Below are positions 52,301 to 64,000 of a stretch of DNA of 64,000 nt, one piece after another. Position numbers and translations under genes: made by a program. The notes below the pieces were generated by a model. It saw only the letters and a list, made by a program, of their open reading frames with translations. It was not told the DNA's origin and did no database searches. The first letter of the stretch is position 1; every line of letters starts with the position of its first letter. This DNA is from the human T2T-CHM13v2.0 reference genome, Homo sapiens, in assembly GCF_009914755.1 (NCBI RefSeq), contig NC_060935.1. One strand, given 5' to 3'.

Positions 52301-53560
52301 TCAGCTGTGACCAAGAAGAGTCCCAGCAATGGTAGTCACAGGAGGGCTTGTGACACCCCTTCTCCAACTTCAGGCAGCTCAGTACGAAGAGACATAGAGA
52401 CACTGCTTGGGAGAAAGTAAGTAAAGAGAACAAGACTTTACCTGCTAATACTGGGAATTCTCTTGTATCTTACTGAAGATCACCAAGGTGGCACCTGTAT
52501 GAGTCAGCAAGACTTAAAGTGTTACTGGGCTTGGGGTGCACCCTAATGCACACAGTGACCAAAGATTTAGAACAACATTCAATTCCCTTTAAATACCTGG
52601 AAAGCCCTATCAAGAATTATAGGTATAAATAAGCTCAGACTGCAATGATTAGAATAAACTAGTTTTTCAATGTCCAGACATTGACAAACATCCAAAAGTA
52701 TTAAGACCATCTAGGAAAACATGACTTTGCCAAACTAAATAAGGCACCAATGAGCAATCCCAGAGTGACAGAGATATGTGACCTTTCAGATAACTCAAAA
52801 TAGCTGTTTTGAAGAACCGCAATGAAATTCAGGACATTACAGAGAAGAAATTCAGAATTCCATCAGATAATTTTAACAAAGAGATTAAAATAATCTTAAA
52901 AACTCAAGCAGAAATTCTGGAACAGCCCTATTAACTGACAAACAGAAAAATGCATCAGAGTCTCTCAAGAGCAGAATGGATGAAGGAGAAGAAAGGATTT
53001 GTGTGCTTGAACAGGCTATTTGAAAACACACAGACAGAGGAAAGCAATAACAAAAAAAATGAAGCATGCCTACAAGTTTTATAAAATAGCATGAAAAGGG
53101 AAAATCTAAGAGTTATTGGCCTTAAATAGGAGACAGAAAGAGAGATTGGGGTAGAAAGCGTATTGAAAAAAATAACAGAGAACTTTCCAAACCTATAGAA
53201 ATATATCAATATTTAAGTACAACAAGGTTATAGAACACAAGCAGACTTAACCCAAATAAGACTAACTCAGGAGATTTAATAAGCAAACTCCCAAACATCA
53301 AAAATAAAGAAAGGATCATAAAGGCAGCAAGAAAAAAAGAAACAACATACAAAGGAGCACCAATACATCTGGCAGCAGACTTAAAGTCTTGACCTTACAC
53401 ACCAGGAGAGAGTGGCATGACCTATCTAAAATGCTGAAGGAAAAAACAAAAACAAAAACAAACCAAACAAACAAACAAAAAAATCTTTTATCCAAGAATA
53501 GTATATCCAGTGAAAATATCCTGCAGACATGAAGGAGAAATAAAAAAATTCCCCTGGCAA

Positions 53561-53708
53561 AGAAATATACCTAATGCTAGATGACAAGTTAGTGGGTGCA
53601 GCGCACCAGCATGGCACATGTATACATATGTAACTAACCTGCACATTGTGCACATGTACCCTAAAACTTAAAGTATAATAATAATAAATAAATTAATTTA
53701 AAAAAAAA
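53561..53708 (+). mobile_element. Short 5'-truncated young L1 (L1PA2/3-like) nested in the ORF1 relic
   Basis: cctaatgctagatgacaagttagtgggtgcagcgcaccagcatgg...aaagtataataataataa. Confidence 0.9.
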
Positions 53709-54486
53709 CCTGAGGGATTTCATCCATACCAGATCTTTCCTAAAGAAAGTTTTTAATCTGAAAGAAAAGGACATTAAGGAGCAATAAGAAATCATTTGAA
53801 AGTACAAAACTGACTGGAAATAAGTACACAGACAAATATAAAATACTGTAACTGTAATTGTGGTGTGTAAACTACTCATATCTTGAGTAGGAAGACTAAA
53901 AGACAAATTTATCTGAAATAATAACTCCAACAACTTTTAAAGACATACATAGTATAAGAAGATATAAATAGAAACAACAAAAAGTTAAAGAGCAAGAAGT
54001 ATGAAGTTAAAATGTAGAGTTTTTATTAGTTTTTCTTTGTTTTTGCAATCAGAGTTAAGTAGTCATCAATTTAAAGTAATGAGTTATGTTATTTGCAAGC
54101 CTCATGGTAACCTCAAATCAAAAAACCTAAAAAATATAAAAACACACACACACAAAATAAAAATCAAAAAATTAAAACATACCACCAGAGAAAAACACTT
54201 TCACAAAAAGTAAGACAGGAAGGACAGAAGGAAGAGAAGACTCCAAGACAACCAGAGAACAAATAACAAAGTGGTAGTAGTAAGTCCTTATTTATCAATA
54301 ATAACATTAAATATAATAGGCTAAACACTCCAATAAAAAAAATAGAGTGGCTGAATGCATTAAAACTAAACTCAACAATATGCTGCCTTCAAGAAACACA
54401 CCTCACCTATAAAGACATACACTGAAAAAAAAAAAGATGGAAAAAGATATCCCACACCAATGGCATTCGAAGAACAGCAGGAGTAG

Positions 54487-54487
<1 letters not shown>

Positions 54488-54538
<51 letters not shown>
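54488..54538. repeat. Pure (TA)25 microsatellite
   Basis: Directly visible. Confidence 0.97.
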
Positions 54539-54543
<5 letters not shown>

Positions 54544-55995
54544 AAAATAGATTTTAAGACAATAACTACAAAAAGAGGCAAAGAAAGTCATTATATATTG
54601 ATAAAGGGGTCAATTCAGGAAGTGGATATAACAATTTTAAATATATATGCGCCTAACACTAGAGAACACAGATATATAAAACAAACGTTATAAGAGCTAA
54701 AGAGAGTGATAGATCCCAATACAATAATAGTTGGAGGCTTCACCATCCCACTTGCAGGATTGGACAGATTATCCAGACAGGAAATCAATAAAGAAATATC
54801 AGACTTAATAGGCACTATAGACCAAATGGATCTAATAGATATTTACAGAATATTTTATTTAACAACTGCAGAATATACATTCTTTTCCTCAGCACATACA
54901 TCATGCTCAAGGATAGACTATATGTTAGGCCACAAAACAAGACTCACAAAATTAAAAGAAAATGAGATCATATCAAGTGTTTTCTCAGAGAACAACAGAA
55001 TAATATTAAATAGCAATAACAAGAGGTACTTTGGAAACTATAAAAACACGTGGAAATTAAACAAAATGTTCCTGAATGACCAGTGGGCCCATGAATAAAT
55101 TAAAACAAAAGTTTTAAAAATTCATGAAGCCAATGAAAATGAAAATGCAAAATCCCAAAATCTATGGGATACAGAGAAAGCAATGTTAAGAGGAAAGTTT
55201 ATACCAATAAGTGCCTACATTAAAAAGGCATATAAATTTTAAATAAAAAACCTAATAACACATCTTAAATAACTAGAAAAATAAGGGCAAGGCACACTCA
55301 AACTTGGTAGAAAAAAAGAAATAATCCACATCAGAGCAGAAGTAAATGAAATTGAAACAGGGGAAAATACAAAACATCAATGAAATGAAAAGATGGTTTT
55401 CTGAAAGGATAAAAAAATCAACAAACCTTTAGCCAGACTAAAAACAAAAGAGAGAAGATCAAAATTTTAAAATCAGATGAAAAAGGTGATATTACAACTG
55501 ATACCACAGAAATCCAAAGGATCATTGTAGACTACTATGAGCAACTATATGCCAATAAATTGGAAAACCTAGAGGAAACAGGTAAATTCCTAGACACATA
55601 CAAATTACCAGTATCAAATGATGAAGAAATCTAAAACCTAAATAGACCAATAACAAGTAAGAAGATTAAAGTCATAAGAAAAATTCTCCCAGCCAAAAAA
55701 AAAAAAAAACCTCAGGGCCCACTGGATTTATTGCTAAATTCTACCAAACACTTATGAGGAACTAATACAAATACTACTCAAAGTGTTCCAATATATAGAG
55801 GAGCAGGGAATATTTCCAAACTCATTGGAAGTACTACTAATTCTATGAGGCCAGTAATATCCTGATACCAAAACAGGACGAAGACACATCAAAAAAACAA
55901 AAATGCAGGACAATATCTCTGATAAACATAGAGGCAAAAATCCTCAACAAAATACTAGCAAACCAAATTCACCAATGCATTAAAAACATCATTCA

Positions 55996-56408
55996 TTTTA
56001 CTTTAAGTTCTGGGATACATGTGCCATGCCAGTTTGTTACACAGATATACATGTGCCATGGTGGTTTGCTGCACCTATCAACCCTTGTTCTCTGAGAGCC
56101 CAGTGACAATACCTGCCTCACCTCACATTACCCAATGGAAAATAGGAACAAATCTACTTTGACAGGAAAAGTGCTACATAAGTGTATGGCATTCTTATTT
56201 TTTAAAAACATATATGTGCAGGTTATAATGGCTTTCAAAGCTGGCCTCCTTATAAGTGAATGAGATATCAGCAAATTAATAGAATCTATCGTACCCTCAG
56301 TCCTGAAAATATCTTAATATTCCACACTTAAAAGACCACTGCGTTTTTTTTTTAATAAAGTGAAATCTCACTGTGTTAAAAATAGTGTGATTAAAAACAA
56401 TATTGTTA
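55996..56408. mobile_element. TSD-flanked composite insertion: inverted L1PA 3' end (55996-56084) plus ~320 bp non-L1 DNA
   Basis: TSD aaaaa(c/a)atcattca at 55982-55995 and 56409-56422; host L1 ORF2 resumes exactly afterwards. Confidence 0.8.
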
Positions 56409-56608
56409 AAAAAAATCATTCACCATGACCAAGTGGAATTTATCCCAGGGATACAAGGATGGTTCAACATACACAAATCAATCAATGTGATACATCATAT
56501 CAACAGAATGAAGGATAAAACAATATGATCATCTTAATCAATGCTGAAAAGGCATTTGATAAAATTCAGCATTCTTTTATGGTAAAAATCTTCAAAATAC
56601 TGGGCTTA

Positions 56609-56997
<389 letters not shown>

Positions 56998-59083
56998 TCA
57001 GCATAATTCTGGAAGTCCTAGTAAGAGCCATCAATAGAAAGAAGTAAATGGCTTCTAAATTGTAAAAGAAAAAATCAAATTATCTGCATTTGTAGATGAT
57101 AACTTATATTTAGAAACTCCTAATGATGCCATCAAAAACCTTTTAGAATAAATTCAGTAAAGTTTCAGAATACCAAATAAAAATACAAAAAAAACCGTAT
57201 TTCTATATGCCAACAGTGAAAAATATGAAAAAGAAATCAAGAAAGTAATCCCATTTACATTAGCCACAAATAAAATAAAATCCCAAGGAAAAAACCAAAA
57301 AAGTGAAAGATCTCTACAATGAAAACTAAAAAGCATTGATGCAAGATATTGAAGATGATACAAAAAAGGTGAAAATATTTTATATTTATGGATTGGAAGA
57401 TTTAACATTGTTAAAATGCCCATAACACCCAAAGCAATCTGCGATTCAAAGAAATTTCTATCAAAATACCATTTACCTTCTCACATAAGTAGAAAAAGTA
57501 TTCTAAAATTTATGTGGAACCACAAAAGACTCAGAACAGCCAAAGCTATCCTGAGCAAAAGGAACAAAACTGGAGGAATGACATTACCTCCAGTTATACT
57601 ACAGAGCTATAATAAACAAAACAGCATGGTGATGGCACAAAAACAGACACATAGACCAATGTAACAAAATAGATAACACAGAAATAAATCCATATATCAA
57701 CAGTGAACTCATTTTTGACTAAAGAGTCAAGAAAATACATTAGGGAAAGGACAGTCTCTACAATTAATGGTGTTTGGAAAACTGGGTATCCATATGCAGA
57801 AGAATAAAACTATACTCTTTTCTTGCCGTATACAAAAATCAAATCAAAATGGATTCAAGACTGAAATCTGAGACCTTAAGCTACAAAACTACTAAAAGAA
57901 AACATCTGGGAAAGGCTCTAAGGCATGAGTTTGGGCAAATATTTATTGAGTAACACCCAACAACTACAAGCAACCAAAGCAAACATGGACAAAGGGGATC
58001 ATATCAAGTTAAAAATCTCCTTCACAGCAAAGGAAATGATCAACAAAGTGAAGAGACAACCCATAGAATGGGAAAAATGTTAGCAAACTCTACATCTGAC
58101 AAGGGATTAATAACCAGAATATATAAGAAGCTCAAGCAACTCAATAGTAAAAAATCTGATAATCCAGTTTAAAATGGGCAAAATATCTGAATACACATTC
58201 CTCAAAAGAAGTTATACAAATGGCAAATGAGTAAATGAAAGGTTTCTCAATATCATTGATCATCAGAGAAATGTGAATCAAAACTACAATATGATTTCAT
58301 CTCACCCATTTAAAATGGCTCTTATCCAAAAGACAGGAAATAACAAATGCTGGCAAGTATATAAAAGACTGGGAATATAAATTACTACCACCACTATGGA
58401 GAACAGTGTGGAGGGTCCTCAGAAAACTACAAGTAAAACCACCATATGATTCAGAAATTTTACTGGTATGTACCCAAAAGGAAGGAAAACAGTACATTGA
58501 AGAGATACCTAGACTCCCATGTTTACTGCAACATTATTGAAAATAACCAAGATTTGTAAGCAAACCGAAGTGTTCATCAGTAGATGAATGGATAAGGCAA
58601 ATGTAGCGCATATACACAAGATAGCACTATTCAGGCATAAAAAAATGAGACCCTGTCATGTTCAACAGCGTGGATGGAACTGGAAGACATTATGTTAAGT
58701 GAAATAAGCCAAGCACAGAAAGACAAACTTATGTTCTCACTCATTTGCAGGGGCAAAAAATTGAAATAATTGAATTCATAGAGTAGACAGTAGAATGATG
58801 GTTACCAGAAGCTGGGAAGTGTAGTGGGGAGTAGAGGAAAAGGGGGGTGGTTAATAAGTCCGAAAATATAGTTAGATAGAATGAATAATATCTAGTATTT
58901 GATAGCATAGCAGGGTGACTACACTCAACAATTTATTGTACATTTTTAAATAACAAAAAGAGTATAGTTGGAATGCCCATAACACCAAGAAAGGATAAAT
59001 GCCTGAGGTGATGAATATCTCATTTACTCTGATTTGATTATTATGCATTGTATCCATGTATCAAAATATCTCATGTACCCCAT

Positions 59084-59185
59084 GAATATATATATTCGTA
59101 TATCTGAATATATATATTCATATATATTCGTATTTATGTGAGTATACATATGAATATATATTCACATACATATTAATATATATAC
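59084..59185. repeat. AT-rich low-complexity tract with repeated palindromic units
   Basis: gaatatatatattc-type units at 59084, 59105 and 59151. Confidence 0.85.
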
Positions 59186-59239
59186 CTACTATATACCCAT
59201 AAAAATTAAAATAAAAAAATTAAAGGGAAAAATAAATAA

Positions 59240-60230
59240 ATACTAAAAATGGGCAAAAGGTCTGAATAGACATTTTTCTAAGGAAGACATACAAATTGCC
59301 AACAGACACATGACAAGATGTTTAATGTCACTAATCATCAGGGAAATGAAAATCAAAGCCACAGTGAGATATCACCTCACACCTGTTAGTATAGCTATAA
59401 TCAAAAAAAAAAATAAGAAATAATCATTGTTAGCCAGGGTGTGGAGAATAGGTAACTCATGTACACTGTTTCTGAGAATGTAAATTGGTACAACCATTTT
59501 GGAAAATAGTTTGGAGCTTCCTTAAAAATTTTAAAATATAACTACTATAAAACCAGCAATACCTCTGCTAGGTATCTATGTAAAGGAAATGAAGTCAGCA
59601 CCTTGTAGAAAGATCTACATTCCCATGTTTATTGCAGCATCATGCACAGTAACAAAGGTATGAAAACAACTCAAGTGTCCATCCGTGGATAAATAAATTG
59701 TTATTTTATATATACATACAAATGAATACTATTCAGCCTTGAAAAAGAAGGCAATCCTGCCATTTGCAACAATGTAATGAATCTGAAAGACATTATACTA
59801 AGTCAAATAAGCCAGACACAGGAAAATAGATACTGCATGATCTCACTTACATGTCGATTGTAAGAAATAGTCAAATATATGGAAACAGAAAGTAGAACAC
59901 TAGTTACCAGGGACACAGAGGAAGAGAAAATGGGGAGATGTAAGTCAAAAATGTACAAACTTGCAGCTACGTAAAATGAATAAGTTTAGATATCTAATAT
60001 TATAATGTACAGCATTATAATATTATTAACTACAGTTAATAATATTGTATTATATAATTAAATTTGCTAAGAAAGTAGATTTTAGGAACTCTCACCACAC
60101 ATAAGTCACCTATGGAAAGTGATGGGTATACTAATTTGCTTATCTATAGTAAGCATTTCACTATGTATATGTTTATCAAAATATCATTTTGTATATATTA
60201 ACTATACACAATAAAAATAAATTTAAAAAA
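59240..60230 (+). mobile_element. Older L1 3' fragment (L1MA8/9-like)
   Basis: aaaatgggcaaaaggtctgaatagacattt...aatttgctaagaaagtagatttta...catttcactatgtatatg. Confidence 0.85.
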
Positions 60231-60899
60231 ATCATTTTGGGGGAGGGAAGCTGTAAATATCTCACAGATGTTTTACTTCAGCTAGGAAAAAACCTGAAGA
60301 GTTATAAGGATCATGTGTTTTTATTAAAATTATGTAGTTATATATAACTACACGTGTTGTTGAAACATAGATAGATACCAAAGCAAAGAAATGATCGATT
60401 GGCCTCAAGATAGACAGGAAGGATTTAATTAGCTCAACAGTGTCATGATTTAAATAAAAATAATAATGATAAAATAACTGACACCTATAAAATGGCCACT
60501 GTGTCTCTATGTGATTTTAGTGCCCAAGAAAAGAGCTATTACTCTTTCAGAGTTGAGGAAAAGATCAGAGATACTGACTACTTTTTGCTGCTTTATTTTA
60601 TTTTTTTCCTTTTCCTTAGAAACTGGCTTCATCTCCCAAAGTCCCACCTCATCCTCTGCCTTTACTTTGTACTATGCTTGGCCCCATTAGCAACTTAATT
60701 GCTGACCCGTCATGTATTTCTCTCTGATATTTGACATATCACATCCTTACAACATAACCTTATTCACCATCAGGGGTTCCTAATCCAAATTTCAAGGCAT
60801 AGATAATAGTTTACTGAGTCAATTGTAATGTATTACACGGGTTTAAACACTTACCTAAAAATCAAAAAGCACCTCAAGAGTGTTCTAAGATGTGGCACT

Positions 60900-61196
60900 G
60901 GCCGGGTGCTGGGGTGGCTCATGCCCATAATCCCAGCAATTTGGAAGGCTGAAGCAAGCAGATCACTTGAGGCCAAGAGTTGAAGACCAGCCTGGCCAAG
61001 ATGACAAAACCACAACTCTACTAAAAATACAAAAATTACCTGGGTGTGGTACATGCCTGTAATCCTAGCTCCTCTGGAGGCTGAGGCATGAGAATAGCTT
61101 GAACCTGAAAGGCAGAGGTTACAGTGAGCCGAGATTGTGCCACTGCACGCTAGACTGGGTGACAGAGCAACACTCAGTCTCAAAAAAAATAAAAAA
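60900..61196 (+). mobile_element. Old AluS/J
   Basis: Full dimer; degenerate TSD tg(t/a)ggcac. Confidence 0.9.
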
Positions 61197-61344
61197 GTGA
61201 GGCACATTTCTTCTTTTCCTGCCCATTAAAACTTTCCCTTTTACTATATCTGGAGGCAGCTAGGTACACTCTTAAAGGAGCCAGGATTAAATCAAGCACA
61301 TGAAATCCAAATTCTGGTCCTGTAAATACAAATGTCCAGCCACT

Positions 61345-61510
61345 GATTGACCAGCTATTATATGCACAACACTATGTTAGGTGCCTCCTGCACCTTTTCC
61401 CATTTGATTCCCTAAACTCTCAATGAATGCATTACTTCTGTGTCTTACAGATAAGGTCACAAGCAGCAGTCTGCAGAGCCCATATTCAAAACCAAATCCT
61501 TCTAAAATCA
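61345..61510 (-). mobile_element. MIR relic
   Basis: tatatgcacaacactatgttaggtgc...ttacagataagg...attcaaaacc. Confidence 0.5.
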
Positions 61511-62034
61511 AAAACCAGGCTGACTCCCCTGGATGCTATTCTAAAGTCAAATTTCAAATTATACTTTGTTTTCTACAGTGTGAGTTGTGAAAAGTAGTAC
61601 AAATTCACTGTGATTACCACTAGCATGTTGAAAGATAACATTTTATGGGTAAAATAAGTACTTATTGCTTTAAAATGATAGCCACAGATATCATCCAGGC
61701 ATTAAGTTTATATCTACAGAGAGTGTTCATACAAAACTTACGTATATATCTACTGATGGTGTTCATATAAAACTTGACCTTTCCATCCATTCAGTCTTTA
61801 TCTCTTCACATATACCTTTGTATTTGCTTAAAGACTACTTTGTCTATTTAGCAACTCAACTTTTGGTTCATTGGAGCTAGAATTTTCACCTGTATCTCTA
61901 CAAATCTATATTAATTTTATTTCAAAATGACTGTTTTTGATTTGTTTTCCCAGATCTTACAGTATGCTCCATTGGAACTAGACTTCTAAATCATAGGGAA
62001 ATCTATTTCTTAAATGATATCAATCTAAGATCCA

Positions 62035-62160
62035 CCAAAATGTTAACCCTATGAGGGCAGTTCTGTGTTCTGTTCATTGTTTATCGCACACCTAGAATGG
62101 CTCTTTACATCTATGGGAGCTACTCAGCAAATACTTGTTCAATGATTGAGTGAATCTAGT
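62035..62160 (+). mobile_element. L2 3' end
   Basis: atgagggcag...tgttcattgtttatc...cctagaatgg...ctcagcaaatacttgttcaatgattgagtgaat. Confidence 0.65.
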
Positions 62161-63717
62161 CCATCTATTTTGACTACATAAATTAATTATTTGATAATTG
62201 TATTTCAACTATTTAACTAACAGTTAAATATTTACATTTCAACTATTTACATGTTTGAACTATTCACAGGAAAATGCTATGACCAATTTCTTTTCTTGTA
62301 GCCTTTCTTTTCAGGAGACTAAAACTTCAGTGCATGCAATGCTAATTTGTTGTCAGCCTCATGACATCTTAAATAAAGAAAACCCTCTTTATCCTGGGGT
62401 GGTTTGGATGAACTTAGCGGAATGCTCAAAAACTAAAGGTGAACCAAAAAGAAGGAAGTCAATATAGTTCAGGAAGCTCCCTCCTCCTGTTGGCCTTATT
62501 TCGATTCTTCTAGGGCTATTACACGTAGCCAAATACCCCAGAATTTAAAATTAAAGCCTTTGGAATGTCTGGCAGAAAGAATATATTCTAGAAGTAAAAC
62601 CTCAGACTTAGATTCTTTTGACTGTTTGGCATCATTATTTTGAATTTGCAATGTGAATGAGAAACAAACAAATGAAAAAGATAAAGTAAAAGAAAACCCT
62701 CAATTTCAAAGTTGCACATATTTGTCATTATTTAAAAAGAAGAGTACATGTTAAAGGCCTAAATATTTTAAATAAACATTTTCTACCACAAAAGATAGCA
62801 TTTTATCATAAAATTGGCAATTTTTAGACCATTGAACTTAATTTGAATGGACTAAACTTTGTCTCTTGGCAACCAGAATCCACACAAATTGGTAGGCACT
62901 TTCTCTGGAGGAAGATCATGCTTCTCAATACTTATGAACTCCAAGCTAAAGGCTGGCTTTACTACTGAAAACATCACAAAGTTAAGCCACCAGTATAGAC
63001 AGGAAGGATTTTAAGTTTCTATTTTCTCTTGTTTGTGTGTGTGTTCAATTAATTTTAAAGAAATAACAGTGAGATTCAGATTTCTTAAAAATATTTTTAA
63101 GGACATTATTAATAGCTCAAATAAAGCCATTAATACATGCACGTTATGATGATCAAGTGATCCTGGTTAAAATTAAGGGAAAGGTACACTTTAAAAATAT
63201 GATTTAAAAAGCCCCCCCAGTCACTTAACTTCAGAAGCAGGGCCCGGTAGCCCACCCTGTCCTTGGTTTTTAACATAGAAATTAAGGTGGTAGCTTCGGC
63301 AGGTGTTATTACCAGGGGCTCATGAGTAGACCCTAAAAGGTTTGTGAACCCTCTTAGGATTATGTGCAGCGTTTCACATGGATGGGCACATATGCATTTC
63401 CCTGGGGTAAAAGGCATCTGATTCTCAAAGGAGATATCAACAAAATTGATGAGAAATTTTGGTGTAGGGAAAAGTACGTAAGACCAACATTTAGGAATTC
63501 TGGGTTTTAATTGTAATAAGGTGCTTACCAGTTATATAATTGTAGGCGAATCATTTCTCTGGGCCCCAGTTACTTCATCTGTGGTTACTGTGGGCCCCAG
63601 TTACTTCACTGTGGTTCCACACTTGTGGGTTGCGATAACTGCAACTCCAAAGAGTAGTTGTGGGTCTGTGAATCCATAAGTGTACCAAGTTTCATCTATG
63701 GATTGACAATCTATCAT

Positions 63718-63718
63718 A

Positions 63719-63749
<31 letters not shown>

Positions 63750-63772
63750 GTATATATGTATATATATATGTA
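63718..63772. repeat. Compound (TG)n(TA)n microsatellite
   Basis: Directly visible. Confidence 0.95.
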
Positions 63773-64000
63773 CTATTAATTCATAATGAGTGGTGATGTT
63801 ACTGTGATTTACAAGAACACAAAAGCATTTTAAAATATCCTTAAATTTATTGTAGTTTTTGGTCACTACATGTTTTCTGAATCAATCACTGATAAAATGA
63901 CAATTATAAGTTTTGCCAAAACACATTGGAAGGACTAGTTCAAACAATTCTAAGCTGTGTCCAGCTCAATAAGTGTAATGTTTAGATATTTTATTAAATA

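Noticed and set aside
54706-55098. 130-aa endonuclease-like ORF as a domesticated gene
   Set aside because: A partial L1 EN domain within a decayed L1, with degraded catalytic motifs (GDFN to GGFT, SDH to SEN) and flanking stops.

Overview
AT-rich, repeat-dominated primate (human/ape-like) genomic DNA. I find no intact protein-coding gene, RNA gene or CRISPR array. Nearly all of the longer listed ORFs are decayed retroelement or transposase frames, antisense shadows of them, or Alu read-throughs. Main content: (1) a 5'-inverted L1PA7-like element with a nearby inverted sister copy (1-2534); (2) a deleted L1M carrying Tigger1 (7745-12499); (3) a complete THE1B-like MaLR (18005-20201); (4) a two-LTR ERV1 provirus of LTR9/HUERS-P3 type with a perfect tRNA-Pro PBS (20930-29739); (5) a near full-length L1MA2/3-like element (51336-59225) with several nested insertions; plus 8 Alus and many MIR/L2/MLT/MER relics. 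The most notable observations are a TSD-bounded twin-primed L1 3'-transduction (55982-56422), the inverted L1 pair sharing non-consensus variants, a small two-TM ORF ahead of an env-like signal peptide in the provirus, an antisense LTR8 piece inside that provirus, and several templated-insertion repair scars. Subfamily names come from recalled consensus sequences and need RepeatMasker/Dfam confirmation. I cannot support a wholly new biological system here.
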